A stretch of 64,000 bases of DNA from NCBI RefSeq assembly GCF_009914755.1, contig NC_060935.1; one strand, 5' to 3'. Numbering within the stretch: the stretch's first letter is position 1; each line of letters begins with the position of its first letter. This document shows positions 29,132 to 45,021 of this stretch, one piece after another. The translations under genes were made by a program, and so were the position numbers. The notes below the pieces were generated by a model that was given only the letters and a program-made list of their open reading frames with translations, was not told the origin of the DNA and searched no databases. This DNA is from the human T2T-CHM13v2.0 reference genome, Homo sapiens.

Positions 29132-30078
29132 TGTAAAGCAAAGAGAACTTCCCACCTCCTCTGAAAGTTCAAGTGTGCTAAACAAATGGACAATACACAG
29201 ATTAACAGGAGGAAAGGCATGCAAATGAACTCACCTCAGACATAGGAGTTCCGCAAATATACAACTCTAAGAACGGCCAGATTGTTGAGGCTTAAATACT
29301 CTCTTTATAGGAAAGAGAGAAATGACAGTGTAAGCGATTTTGAGGGGTGGTAAGTGATTTTCAGGAGAATTAAATGGGCACAAAGAGCCAATAATAGTTT
29401 ATAACTGATTCTCTTTTGAAACAAAATGGGACCAATAAGTTATGGAAAGGTGAGGGGCAGAACTGCACTGCAAACAAAGGTTGCCTTATTATGCAGATGA
29501 AGTCTCCGAGGTCATCTCTCAGAGCTGTCCTTAGAATAATAGATGAAAAGTCTGTCTGGGTGTGGTAACAATTTTTAACCTCTTCTGTGGTGGTTAATCT
29601 TGCCTGGTTATTTGATGAGATACTTACAGAGGAGTTCTTTTATTATTATTATTTTTTGAAATGGAGTCTCGCTGCAATGCCCAGGCTGGAGTACAAAGGC
29701 ATGATCTCAGCTCCCTGCAACCTCCGCCTCCCAAGTTCAAGTGTTTCTCCTGCCTCAGCCTCCTGAGTAGCTGGGATTACAGGCACCCACCACCACGCCC
29801 AGCTAATTTTTGTATTTTTAGTAGAGATGGGGTTTCACCATATGGGCCAGGCTGGTCTCAAAGGTGTGAGCCACTGCGCCCGGCCCAAAGGAGTCTTAAG
29901 ACAAATTGCATTTCTTTTGAAAGGAACTTCCAGAGAGAGCCCCTCTCTGGACTTGGGGGAGAAAAGCAAGAGAAGGTTAGAAAGCCCTTGGTGCTGAGGC
30001 AGCTTCTCACATCTTCCCAGTTTCTTTAATTCAAAAGTGTTCAGCACCATATTTTGGAGTATTGTTCTCTGAGTCACA
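29132..30078 (-). mobile_element. MER34-like ERV1 LTR (5' LTR of the antisense element) containing an Alu
   Basis: TG..CA ends, adjacent PBS, reverse strand begins tgtgactcagagaacaatactccaaaatatgg. Confidence 0.65.
29638..29886 (-). mobile_element. AluS with internal deletion in left arm
   Basis: ggctggtctcaa joins directly to aggtgtgagcc. Confidence 0.9.
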
Positions 30079-30136
30079 ATAAGAATGGTAAAAATTGATG
30101 TGTTGGTTGAATTCTGTGGCTTGTCTAAGATGTTGC

Positions 30137-30541
30137 TGTCAGGCCTCTGAGCCCAAGCTAAGACATCATATCCCCTGTGCACATACATACCCAGATGGCC
30201 GGTTCCTGCCTTAACTGGTGATATTCCACTACAAAAGAAGTGAAAATGGCCTGTTCCTGCCTTAACTGATGACATTATCTTGTGAAATTCCTTCTCCTGG
30301 CTCATCCTGGCTCAAAAGCTCCCCTACTGAGCACCTTGTGACCCCCACTCTGCCCACCAGAGAACAACCCCCTTTGACTGTAATTTTCCTTTATCTACCC
30401 AAATCCTATAAAACGACCCCACCCTTATCTCCCTTCGCTGACTCTCTTTTCAGACTCAGCCCACCTGCACCCAGGTGATTAAAAGCTTTATTGCTCACAC
30501 AAAGCCTGTTTAGTGGTCTCTTCAAACAGACGCGCATGAAA
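30137..30541 (+). promoter_or_regulatory. HERV-H 5' LTR (LTR7)
   Basis: tgtcaggcctctgag...gcgcatgaaa; TATAAAA 30407-30413; ATTAAA 30478-30483. Confidence 0.95.
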
Positions 30542-30543
30542 TT

Positions 30544-30561
30544 TGGTGCCGTGACTCAGAT
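30544..30561 (+). other. Primer binding site, tRNA-His
   Basis: tggtgccgtgactcagat, 17/18 complementary to the tRNA-His 3' end. Confidence 0.95.
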
Positions 30562-30982
30562 TGGGGGACCTCCCTTGGGAGATCAATCCCCTGTCCTCCT
30601 GCTCTTTGCTCTGTGAGAAAGGTCCACCTACAACCTCAAGTCCTCAGACCGACCAGCCCAAGAAACATCTCACCAATTTCAAATCCAGTAAGCGGCCTCT
30701 TTTTACTCTCTTCTCCAACCTCCCTCACTATCCCTCAACCTCTTTCTCCTTTCAATCTTGGTGCCACACTTCAATCTCTCCCTTCTTTTAATTTCAATTC
30801 CTTCAATTTTCTGGTAGAGACAAAGGAGACACGTTTTGTCCATGGACCCAAAACTCCGGCGCCGGTCATGGACTAGGAAAGGCAGCCTTCCCTTGGTGTT
30901 TAATCATTGCAGGGATGCCTCTCTGATTATTCACCCATGTTTCAGAGGTGTCAGACCACGCAGGGATGCCTGCCTTGGTCTT

Positions 30983-31560
30983 TCACCCTTAGTGGCAAGT
31001 CCTGCTTTTCTGGAGGAGGGGCAAGTTTCCCAACCCCTTCTCTCTGTGTCTCTACCCCTTCTCTGCCTTTCTGGGGGGCAAGAAACCCCCAACCCCTTCT
31101 CCTTCACTCTTAGTGGCAAGTCCCGCTTTTCCAGGGGAGGGGCAAGTACCCCAACCCCTTCTCTCTGTGTCTCTACCCCTTCTCCGCCTTTCTGGAGGGC
31201 AAGAAACCCCCAACCCCTTCTCTCTGTGTCTCTACCACTTCTCTGCCTTTCTGGAGGGCAAGAAACCCCCAAACCCTTCTCCTTCACCCTTAGCAGGAAG
31301 TCCCACATTTCTGGGGGAGGGGCAAGTACCCCAACCTTGTATCTCTGTGCCCTGATCCCTTATTTCTGCGCTCCAACCTCTTATATCTCTGTGCCCCGAT
31401 CCCTTATTTCCACGCCCCAACCTCTTATATCTCTGCGCCCTGATACCTTATTTCTGTGCCCCAACCTCGTATCTCTGTGCCCTGACCCCTTTCCTGCTTC
31501 TCTGGAAGGTAAGAACCCCCAAACCACTTCCCTCTGTGTCTCTACTCTCCCTTTTCCTTA
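30983..31560 (+). repeat. Internal tandem repeats of HERV-H leader
   Basis: Reiterated ccccttctctctgtgtctctacc / gggcaagaaacccccaa and tatctctgtgccc units. Confidence 0.85.
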
Positions 31561-32265
31561 AACTTGCCTCCTTCACTATAGGCAACCTTCCACCCTCCAT
31601 TCCTCCTTCTTTCTTCTCCCTTAGCCTGTGTTCTTAAGAACATAAAACCTCTTCAACTCTCACCTGACCTAAAACCTAAATGCCTTATTTTCTTCTACAA
31701 TGCCGCTTGACCCCAATACAAACTCGACAGTAGTTCTAAATGGCCAGAAAATGGCACTTTCGATTTCTCCATCCTACAAGACCTAAATAATTTTTGTCAA
31801 AAAATAGGCAAATGGTCTGAGGTGCCTGACATCCAGGCATTCTTTTACACATCGGTCCCTCCCTAGTCTCTGTGCCCAGTGCAACTTGTCCCAAATCTTC
31901 CTTCTTTCCCTCCCACCTGTCCCCTCAGTCCCAACCCCAAGCGTTGCTGAGTCTTTCTAATCTTCCCTTTCTACAGATCCATCTGACCTCTCCCCTCCTC
32001 CCCAGGCTGCTCCTCGCCAGGCCGAGCTAAGTCCCAATTCTTCCTCAGCCTCCGCTCCTCCACTCTATAATCTTTTTATCACCTCCCCTCCTCACACCCG
32101 GTCAGGTTTACAGTTTCATTCTGTGAGTAGCCCTCACCCACCTGCCTAGCAATTTCCTCTTAAAAAGCTGGCTGAAGCTAAAGGCATAGTCAAAGTTAAT
32201 GCTCCTTTTTCTTCATCAGACCTCTCCCAAATCAGTAAGCGTTTAGGCTCTTTCATCAAATGTAA

Positions 32266-34762
<2,497 letters not shown>

Positions 34763-34777
34763 AAAAAACCCAGCCCA

Positions 34778-35300
34778 GTTCATGGCTTGTTTGGCAGCAA
34801 CCCTGAGACGCTTTACAGTCCTAGACCCTAAAAGGTCAAAAGGCTGTCTTATTCTCAATATACATTTTATTACCCAATCTGCTCCTGACATTAAATAAAA
34901 CTCCAAAAATTAAATTCCAGCCCTCAAACCCCACAATAAGATTTAATTAACCTCACCTTCAAAGTATACAATAATAGAAAAAAGTTGCAATTCCTTGCCT
35001 CCACTGTAAGACAAACCCCAGCCACATCTCCAGCAAACAAGAACTTCCAAACGCCTGAACCACAGCGGCCAGGCATTCCTCCAGAACCTCCTCCCCCAGG
35101 AGCTTCCTACAAGTGCCAGAAATCTGACCACCAGGCCAAGGAATGCCCACAGCCCAGGATTCCTCCTAAGCCACATCCCATCTGTGCAGGACCCCACTGG
35201 AAATCAGAATGTTCAACTCACTTGGCAACCACTCCCAGAGCCCCTGGAACTCTGGCCCAAGGCTCTCTGACTCCTTCCCAGATCTTCTCGGCTTAGCAGC
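34778..35300 (+). pseudogene. HERV-H gag 3' remnant (CA end, NC zinc knuckles)
   Basis: SYKCQKSDHQAKEC and HPICAGPHWKSEC degenerate CCHC motifs. Confidence 0.85.
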
Positions 35301-35349
35301 TGAAGACTGACACCGCCTGATCGCCTCAGAAGCCTACAGGACCAACACA

Positions 35350-37560
35350 GGCACTAAGTAACTCTCACAGTAGAAGGTAAGTCCGTCCCTTTCTTAGTCA
35401 ATACGGAGGCTACCCACTCCACATTACCTTCTTTTCAAAGGCGTGTTTCCCTTGCCTCCATAACTGTTGTAGGTATTGACAGCCAGGCTTCTAAACCTCT
35501 TAGAACTCCCCAACTCTAGTGCCAACTTAGACGATACTCTTTTAAGCACTCCTTTTTAGTTATCCCCACCTGCCCAGTTCCCTTATTAGGCTGAGACACT
35601 TTAACTTAATTATCTGCTTCCCTGACTATTCCTGGATTACAGCTACATCTCATTGCCGCCCTTCTTCCCAATCCAAAGCCTCCTTTGCATCCTCCTCTTG
35701 TATCCCCCAACCTTAACCCCCAAGTATAGGATACCTCTACTCCCTCCTTGGCGACCAGTCACGCACCCCTTACCATCTCATTAAAACCTAATCACCTTTA
35801 CTCCTCTCAATGCCAAGATTCCATTCCACAGCACGATTTAAAAAGATTAAAGACTGTTATCACTCGCCTGCTACAGCATGGCCTTTTAAAGCCTATAAAC
35901 TCTCCTTATAATTCCCCCATTTTACCTGTCCTAGAACCAGACAAGCCTTACAGGTTAGTTCAGGATCTGCGCTTTATCAACCAAATTGTTTTGCCTATCC
36001 ACCCCGTGGTGCCAAACCCATATACTCTCCTATCCTCAATACCTGCCTCTACAACCCATTATTCTGTTCTGGATCTCAAACATGCTTTCTTTACTATTCC
36101 TTTGCACCCTTCATCCCAGCCTCTCTTCGCTTTCACTTGGACTGACCCTGACACCCATCAGGCTCAGCAAATTACCTAGGCTGTACTGCCGCAAGGCTTC
36201 ACAGACAGCCCCCATTACTTCAGTCAAGCCCAAATTTCATCCTCATCTGTTACCTATCTCGGCATAATTCTCATAAAAACACACGTGCTTTCCCTGCTGA
36301 TCGTGTCTGATTAATCTCCCAAACCTCAATCCCTTACAAAACAACAACTCCTTTCCTTCCTAGGCATGGTTAGTGCGGTCAGAATTCTTACACAAGAGCC
36401 AGGACCGCACCCTGTAGCCTTTCTGTGCAAACAACTTGACCTTACTGTTTTAGCCTAGCCCTCATGTCTGTGTGCAGCAGCTGCCGCTGCTTTAATACTT
36501 TTAGAGGCCCTAAAAATCACAAACTATGCTCAACTCACTCTCTACATTTCTCATAACTTCCAAAATCTATTTTCTTCCTCATACCTGATGCATATACTTT
36601 CTGCTCCCCGGCTCCTTCAGCTGTACTCACTCTTTGTTAAGTCCCACAATTACCATTGTTCCTGGCCTGGACTTCAATCCAGCCTCCCACGTTATTCCTG
36701 ATACCACACCTGACCCCCATGACTGTATCTCTCTGATCCACCTGACATTCACCCCATTTCCCCATATTTCCTTCTTTCCTGTTCCTCACCCTGATCACGC
36801 TTGATTTATTGGTGGCGGTTCCACCAGGCCTAATTGCCACACACCAGCAAAGGCAGGCTATGCTATAGTACAAGCCACTAGCCTGCCTCTTAGAACCTCT
36901 CATTTCCTTTCCATCGTGGAAATCTATCCTCAAGGAAATAACTTCTCAGTGTTCCATCTGCTATTCTACTACCCCTCAGGGATTACTCAGGCCCCCTCCC
37001 TTCCCTACACATCAAGCTCGAGGATTTGCCCCAACCCAGGACTAGCAAATTAGCTTTACTCAACATGCCCCGAGTCAGATAACTAAAATACCTCTTAGTC
37101 TAGGTAGACACTTTCACTAGTTAAGTACAGTCCTTTCCTACAGGGTCTGAGAAGGCCACCGCAGTCATTTCTTCCCTTCTGTCAGACATAATTCCTCAGT
37201 TTAGCCTTCCCACCTCTATACAGTCTGATAACAGACCAGCCTTTATTAGTCAAATCAGCCAAGCAGGTTTTCAGGCTCTTGGTATTCAGTGAAACCTTTA
37301 TATCCCTTACGGTTCTCCGTCTTCAGGAAAAGTAGAACGGACTAAAGGTCTTTTAAAAACACACCTCACCAAGCTCAGCCACCAACTTAAAAAGGACTGG
37401 ACAATACTTTTACCACTTTCCCTTCTCAGAAGTCAGACCTGTCCTCAGAATGCTACAAGGTACAGCCCATTTGAGCTCCTGTATAGACACTCCTTTTTAT
37501 TAGGCCCCAGTCTCATTCCAGACACCAGACCAACTTAGACTGTGCCCCCAAAAAACTTGT
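35350..37560 (+). pseudogene. HERV-H pro-pol remnant (protease, RT, integrase; deleted and multiply stopped)
   Basis: FLVNTEATHS (decayed DTGA), YRLVQDLR and LDLKHAFF RT motifs, SSGKVERT integrase motif; many TAG stops. Confidence 0.88.
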
Positions 37561-38128
37561 CATCCCTACTATCTTCTCTCTAGTCATACTCCTATTCACC
37601 ATTCTCAACTACTCATACATGCCCTGCTCTTGTTTACACTGCCGGTTTACACTGTTTCTCCAAGCCATCACAGCTGATATCTCCTGGTGCTATCCCCAAA
37701 CTGCCACTCTTAACTCTTGAAGTAAATAAATAATCTTTGCTGGCAGGACTATGCTGAATCTCCTTAGGCTCTCTCTAATCAGATGTCCTGAGTCGTCCCA
37801 ATTCTTAGACCTTTTATACCTGTTTTTCTCCTTCTCTTATTCCATTTAGTTTTTCAATTCATACAGAACTGTATCCAGGCCATCATCAATAATTCTAAAT
37901 GATAAATATTCCTTCTAACAACCCCACAATATCACCCCTTACCACAAAATCTTCCTTCAGCTTAATCTCTCCCACTCTAGGTTCCCACGCCGCCCCTAAT
38001 CCCGCTCGAAGCAGCTCTGAGAAACATCGCCCATTCTCTCTCTCCATACCACCCCCAAAAATTTTCACCGTCCCAACACTTTACCACTATTTCGTTTTAT
38101 TTTTCTTATTAATATAAGAAGACAGGAA

Positions 38129-38538
38129 TGTCAGGCCTCTGAACCCAAGCTAAGTCATCATATCCCCTGTGACCTGCACATACACATCCAGATGGCCAGT
38201 TCCTGCCTTAATTGATGACATTCCAGCATAAAAGAAGTGAAAATGGCCTGTTCCTGCCTTAACTGATGACATTGTCTTGTGAAATTCCTTCTCCTGGCTC
38301 ATCCTGGCTCAAAAGCTCCCCCACTGAGCACCTTGTGACCCCCACTCTGCCCGCCAGAGAACAACCACTTTTGACTGTAATTTTCTTTTATCTACCCAAA
38401 TCCTATAAAACGGCCCCACACTTATCTCCCTTTGCTGCCTCTCTTTTCGGACTCAGCCCGCCTGCACCCAGGTGATTAAAAGCTTTATTGCTCACACAAA
38501 GCCTGTTTAGTGGTCTCTTCACACAGACACGCATGAAA
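38129..38538 (+). promoter_or_regulatory. HERV-H 3' LTR (LTR7)
   Basis: Copy of 5' LTR; TATAAAA 38404-38410, ATTAAA 38475-38480. Confidence 0.95.
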
Positions 38539-39153
38539 GTTGCCTTAATGATTTACCACTTCCCTTCGTATAACTCTTTATAATTAAAAAAAAAAAACAC
38601 TTCCTCATTTGATCCTCATAACAATTTTACAAAGTAAGGAGATCAGGTATTATCAACTCAATGAATGAAACTAAGATACTGAGCTTGTGGATTCATTCAT
38701 CATTCTGTAATACTTATTGAACACTATTTCCAGCAGAGTGGCAGGCTGGAGCTATAGTGGCAAAAAAGAATGCAAGGCCCCTGCTCTGATGGAGTGGGAG
38801 ACAGAGAATGAATACATAAATAAACAAGATAATTACAGATTTTGATAAATGCTCTTTAGGAAATAAACTGGGTAATATGATAGAAAGTAACTTTGAAGGG
38901 ATGTGGGGCAGGGGTTACACTCTTAGTTAGGGCATGGCGTCCCTGAACAGGTGATGATGAAACCAACAGTTAAAACTGAGCAGGAGCTGGTTGGGCTGAA
39001 GACCTAAACGAGGAGGGTATCAGGAAGCTGTGTATACAGAAGCCCTCACATGGGAAGACACTAGCTGGGTTAGAACAGAAGAGGCTGGGGAGCTAAAGTG
39101 TAGTAAGCATGATAGAAAGTGGGGGGCTTATAAAGACATGGGGTCTTACAGAC

Positions 39154-39466
39154 CAGGGGTCAGCAAAGTATTGCTCATTGTGCAGAATCTCACTCGTGAG
39201 CAGAATCTGGCCCACAGCCTGCCTGTACAGCTGCAGGCTAAGAATGATTTTTAGCTTTTCAAATCTTTGGGGGAAAAAGCAAAGAATAAAGAGATTGATA
39301 TATGAAATTAGAGTTCCAGTATATATAAATAAAATTTTATTGGAACACAGCCTCATTCACTTATTTACATATTGCCTATGGCTATTCCAGGATACAAGGG
39401 CAGAGTTGAGAAGTAAAACTATTTTAAATGTTTATACTTGGCCCCTTGCAGAAAAAGTGGGTTGAT
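39154..39466. mobile_element. MER58-like hAT DNA transposon relic
   Basis: caggggtcagcaaa...ttttattggaacacagcc...ggcccctt(g)cagaaaaagt resembles the MER58 consensus. Confidence 0.65.
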
Positions 39467-40449
39467 CTCATCATAGACCACGGTGAAACATTTGGATTTT
39501 ATTCTAAATCCACAGAATCCAGCATCAAAACTATTTTACCTGACATAACAATTCATAGATTGGTGGCATCCAGTGGCCAGCAAAGTAACAGCTAGCATTT
39601 GAGTGCTTGTATTTATCAGACACTTTTCTAAGTACTTCACATGTGTAAGCTTTTTAAATCTTCTCACCAACTCTATTCGGTAGAAACTATTATTCCCGAT
39701 TTATGAAAGAGGAAGTTGAATCTTAGAAAGATTCAATAATTCACACACAGTCACACGGCTCATGAGTGTTAGGGCTGAGACCAGGACCATGTCAGCCTGG
39801 TTCCAGAGCCTGGACTAATCATGGAAAATGTTTTTTAAAAGAAACTTCAATGAAAATATTGCAGAAGGCTGAGGTGTCTTGGGGATACCTGGGTTCTTCA
39901 GAATACAGTTTGGAAACCACAACTTTCATCTAATCTCATTTATAGATGAAGACGCCAGGGCTGGTCACTTATCTGGGCAGAGCTCCATGAGCTGGGGCCT
40001 GAAGCTGGCCCTTGCTATCCTGTGGTATACTCTCCGAAACCACAATTGCCTTCTGAAATCAGCTCATATTTGGGTTGTTTTCAGAATGATCTATTTCACT
40101 AGAGTAAATAAAGTTTCTACCCTCACGAAAGCCCAGGTTCACAATAGTAGGTTTTTTCGGCAGAAGTCTTAACAAAAGGTGAATGATGCCTTTCCTCCTC
40201 CCGGCACACCCAACCTACCATGGTTCCTGTGGGGATGAGATGCTGCTCCAGCCACCTGAGGTCTGCAGATTTATGGAGAATGTTTTTTGTGCCAAGATGC
40301 TGGGTGCTCTGGGTATTATAATATTTTCAATTTAACCATCCATGAGTGCCCCATAAAGAAGGTGTGGCCCCGGGTGAGCTGGTTCTCTTCCACCGAGGGC
40401 AAGTATAAAAATTTGAAGTCCTTCAAAGGAATCTCATAGACAAAGAAAA

Positions 40450-40450
<1 letters not shown>

Positions 40451-40488
<38 letters not shown>
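40451..40488. repeat. (TG)19 microsatellite
   Basis: Direct reading. Confidence 0.97.
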
Positions 40489-40491
<3 letters not shown>

Positions 40492-40528
40492 CACTGACTC
40501 ACTGTGTCACTTCAGGCAAACTTCTTAA

Positions 40529-40852
<324 letters not shown>

Positions 40853-42254
40853 TAAAAATGCTACAGTCGAACTTTCTCAGCTCCTGCCTTATGATTCCTG
40901 GACAGTCACCTCAGGCTGTAATTATTCTTCCCATTTTACAAGTGAGGAAACTGATTCCAACAGGCAGGTAGTGTGCTTAGTGCTACACAGCTGCTAGTGA
41001 CAGGGCCTAGGGGACAAGCCTGGGTCTGTCTGCTACTCACTCCCATGCTCGTCCCACTAAGCTCCCACTACTGCTAGGAAACTTCTCTCTGAATCAATAA
41101 TTAATTTCAAAGGCTGCTGCTCTGGCTTAGAAACTCCACAGTCACTTTGTGCAAGTTTTACAGCAGTGCTCAGAAAACCTCAACACTTGGTGTGAGTTAT
41201 CTGAGGCATCTTCTGGTAGATGCAGGCGAGTCCACCTCTTACTCTGACCTTGGGAAAGGTCACGATTCTTCACAGAATCTGTGAAAGGTCAAGAAGAAAG
41301 TGTAGGCCCCTTTTGTAAATGCAACAAAAAAACCCAGTGGCTTCTAGACATAAGGAAATCCCCTGTTTTCTGACCCTTAAAACAGTTCATCTTTAGCCTA
41401 TTTAATAAATGTCTTATTTTTCATGTTTGCACCCCCCCACCCCCAAAACTCAGGTTGACAAGGGTGACGATGAAAAATAGAGAGGATGTTTGTTTATTTC
41501 TCCAAAATATGTCCCCGCTCTGCCACCCCACCAAATGTTATTTCCTATTAGTATTGAAACATAATATGAAGATTTCATAAAACGGAGACCAAAATGACAA
41601 ACTAGCTATCAGTTGTGAGGTCTCCCACATACTGTTCAGTAGACTCTTTCCCATTAGAAAATAGGTAGACCACTTATTACCTTCCAACCTCGTCTTTTTC
41701 TCCCAATTCACTGAGCAGCCACAATCTGCTGCCCTCTCCTGTTGAATACTACATGAGCTGCAGGCTGAAGTGGGGGTAATGAGAACAGGGACCCTGGAAA
41801 GCACACATGTATGTCGTCCACCAGTTCACCTTGTAGCATTTCCCCCACCAACCGTTCTTAATGTCCAAGTCCAGTGGACTATTGTGACATTTGTCAAGGT
41901 TTTCAACCAGTTGAATATGGCACCCGTGGATGAAAAGGATACACTCTCCATCGTCCAAAGTGCAATTTAAAGTAAGCTCTTCTTTAATGCTCTGGGGAAA
42001 TTGTAAGTCAAACATCTTTTTAGACTTCAGAGCAAAAAGAGTAGCATTTACATCTCAAATAAAGAGTCAATTTAGTCTTTCATTCACTCGTTGACAACCT
42101 ATGTCAAGTGTTGTTGTGGGTCAGGTTCCTGGGAAACAGAAGCTGATACAGAGATCCGTGTGCAGAAGTTTATAGATGAGTACTCTTGGTGACAAGAAGG
42201 AAGCAAGTTGGAGAATCGGTAGAAGCTGGACTGAGGTGCAGTTACAACAAAGAT

Positions 42255-42408
42255 CTCAGCTGATCCTGATCCCTTGGGGAGCTTCAGAGTTGCTCCACCT
42301 CAAGGCAAGGGAAAAGGACCTTGAGACCCCCCTCAGCTGATCCTGATCCCTTGGGGAGCTTCAGAGTTGCTCCACCTCAAGGCAAGGGAAAAGGACCTTG
42401 AGACCCCC
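42255..42408. repeat. Perfect 77-bp tandem duplication
   Basis: 42255-42331 identical to 42332-42408. Confidence 0.95.
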
Positions 42409-42569
42409 TCATGGATGCCCTATGGAGGAAGAGTGACCCTGGGTAAACTGTTCTCTTCTACTGAGGACAAGTATAAAAATTAGAAGTTCCTGGGTGGAAT
42501 ATTATGAGCAAAAGGGAAAAAATTAAAAAATGAAAAATTTGAAAGACAAAATATTGTGTTTTGGAGGAT

Positions 42570-42902
<333 letters not shown>

Positions 42903-43237
42903 TAAGACTTTTCCTACCCAAACTTCATCAAATTTATCAGAGTATTAACACTAATTTCAATTAGAGCCAGTAAGCAGTGTTTCCTTTTCATTTTCCAAGC
43001 ATTGCAGACTGATCTCTGTTTTCTAAACATAAACTTACTAATATTTTACTGTGTGCTCCTGGAAAAACTACATTAAATCTATCTCAATTTGTCCAATTAA
43101 TGAAAATTAAATACCAGAACTGTTCATATGTACATTGTCTCCCCCACTAGATTATATTCTCCTGAAAAACAAGGAATTTATGTTTTTTATTTGAGCATGT
43201 CTCAAAGTAGTGCATACTAGATGCTGTACAGGTGACA

Positions 43238-43830
43238 AGATGAATGGGTGGATAGAAGGATGGATGGATGGATGGATGGATGGATGGATGGATGGATGGA
43301 TGGACGGACGGACATATGTATAGATAGATGGGTGGGTAAATGGATGAATGAGTGGGTGAATGGATGAATGCGTGGGTGGATAGATAGATGGGTGGTTGGG
43401 TGGATGGATGAGTATTTGCATGTATAGATAGATGGGTGGGTGAATGAATAGGTCATGGACGGATGGATGGATGGATAGATGGATGGGTGAATGGATGGAT
43501 GGGTGGATAAATGGATGGATGGATGGATGGATGGATGGATGGATGGATGGATGGATAGATGGATGGATAAATAGATGGATGGCTGGCTGGCTGGATGGAT
43601 GGAGAGATGGATGGATGTGTGGATGAATAGATGGATGGATGGGTGGATGGGGAATGAGTGGGCAGGTAATACATGAGTGAGTGGGTGGATGGAAGGATAA
43701 ATGGATGGGTGGATGGATGTGTGGGTGGATGGATGGAAGGATGGATGGATGGATAGGTGGATGAATAGATTTGTATTTGTGAGTGGGTGGATGAAAAGAT
43801 GGGTGGATGGGTGGGTGGACAGATATATAG
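43238..43830. repeat. Degenerate (TGGA)n tetranucleotide array, ~600 bp
   Basis: Direct reading; pure blocks near 43257-43303 and 43511-43555. Confidence 0.97.
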
Positions 43831-43979
43831 ATTTCAAAAATGAGTATATCTATATGAATGAATGAATTCCTCCCCGACAACAATTATAAATTGATGTCAG
43901 CATAGAAATAAAATATTCCCAAAGGTTGAGCAAAAATTATCTAATTGTATTTATCTAATAAACTAGAAAAGTAAAAATA

Positions 43980-44336
43980 AGGATGACGTCACTACACAGG
44001 GACATTTTACAGTATTTCTCCCACCCATGCTCCCTCTAAAAACCTTGCAACTAGTTGATTTACCAGTACTACCCACTTGTGGTAAAACAATTTTTGTCAC
44101 CAACACATCACTCACACCTCTCTGCCATCAAGATAATACATGTGGTCCCCAAAATGTTCCACCAGGAGGTGTTCTGGGGGCAGCTAACTAAGAGGGGGCT
44201 TCCAGACAGATGGAGGAGTTGATACACATGAGGTCACAGATCTACTGCCTCTCCCCCTTCAAAAGAAACTACTCAGCTCCATTTGTCTCAGAATCTAGAG
44301 GAAGTTGACAAAGGTGCCACAGCAGCACAGCACAGT
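43980..44336 (+). promoter_or_regulatory. CRTAM: CRTAM proximal promoter / 5'UTR
   Basis: Immediately upstream of ATG; CRE TGACGTCA 43984-43991, RUNX TGTGGT 44078 and 44141, T-box TCACACCT 44112, ETS GAGGAAGT 44298; no CpG island. Confidence 0.75.
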
Positions 44337-44382
44337 ATGTGGTGGAGAGTTCTCAGCTTGCTGGCATGGTTCCCCTTGCAAG
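44337..44382 (+). CDS. CRTAM: CRTAM exon 1 coding part, signal peptide (MWWRVLSLLAWFPLQ)
   Basis: agtATG start, caag|gtaagg donor, phase 1. Confidence 0.95.
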
Positions 44383-44686
44383 GTAAGGACTTAGAGTTAT
44401 TTTTGTTGTTGCTCAGCTGACTTAATGTTTTGCCACATCTACCTATCAGTCAGTCAACTGCATTTACAGAGGAGCTGCTGTAGAAGACAACCCAGGTAAC
44501 TGCTAATACTTTCCAAGCCATGCTCAAATCATGCATCTGAGGGATGTTACTGCGTTTATTTGATCTCTCGTTCAATGGCTAAGGAGTATAGAAAGGATCA
44601 TTATAGTGTGTGTCTCTGTGGGTCCTATGTTACGGCAAGATGAAACAAGCTTATTAGGCTCTGTCTTTTAAGGGCATACCAGTTGA

Positions 44687-45021
<335 letters not shown>

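Noticed and set aside
30836-31561. 241-aa ORF in HERV-H leader
   Set aside because: Non-ATG start, built from C/T-rich tandem repeats of the HERV-H leader; no domain motifs
43152-43883. 243-aa and 206-aa His/Pro/Ser/Ile-rich ORFs on - strand
   Set aside because: Translation of the (TCCA)n microsatellite, which lacks stop codons in these frames
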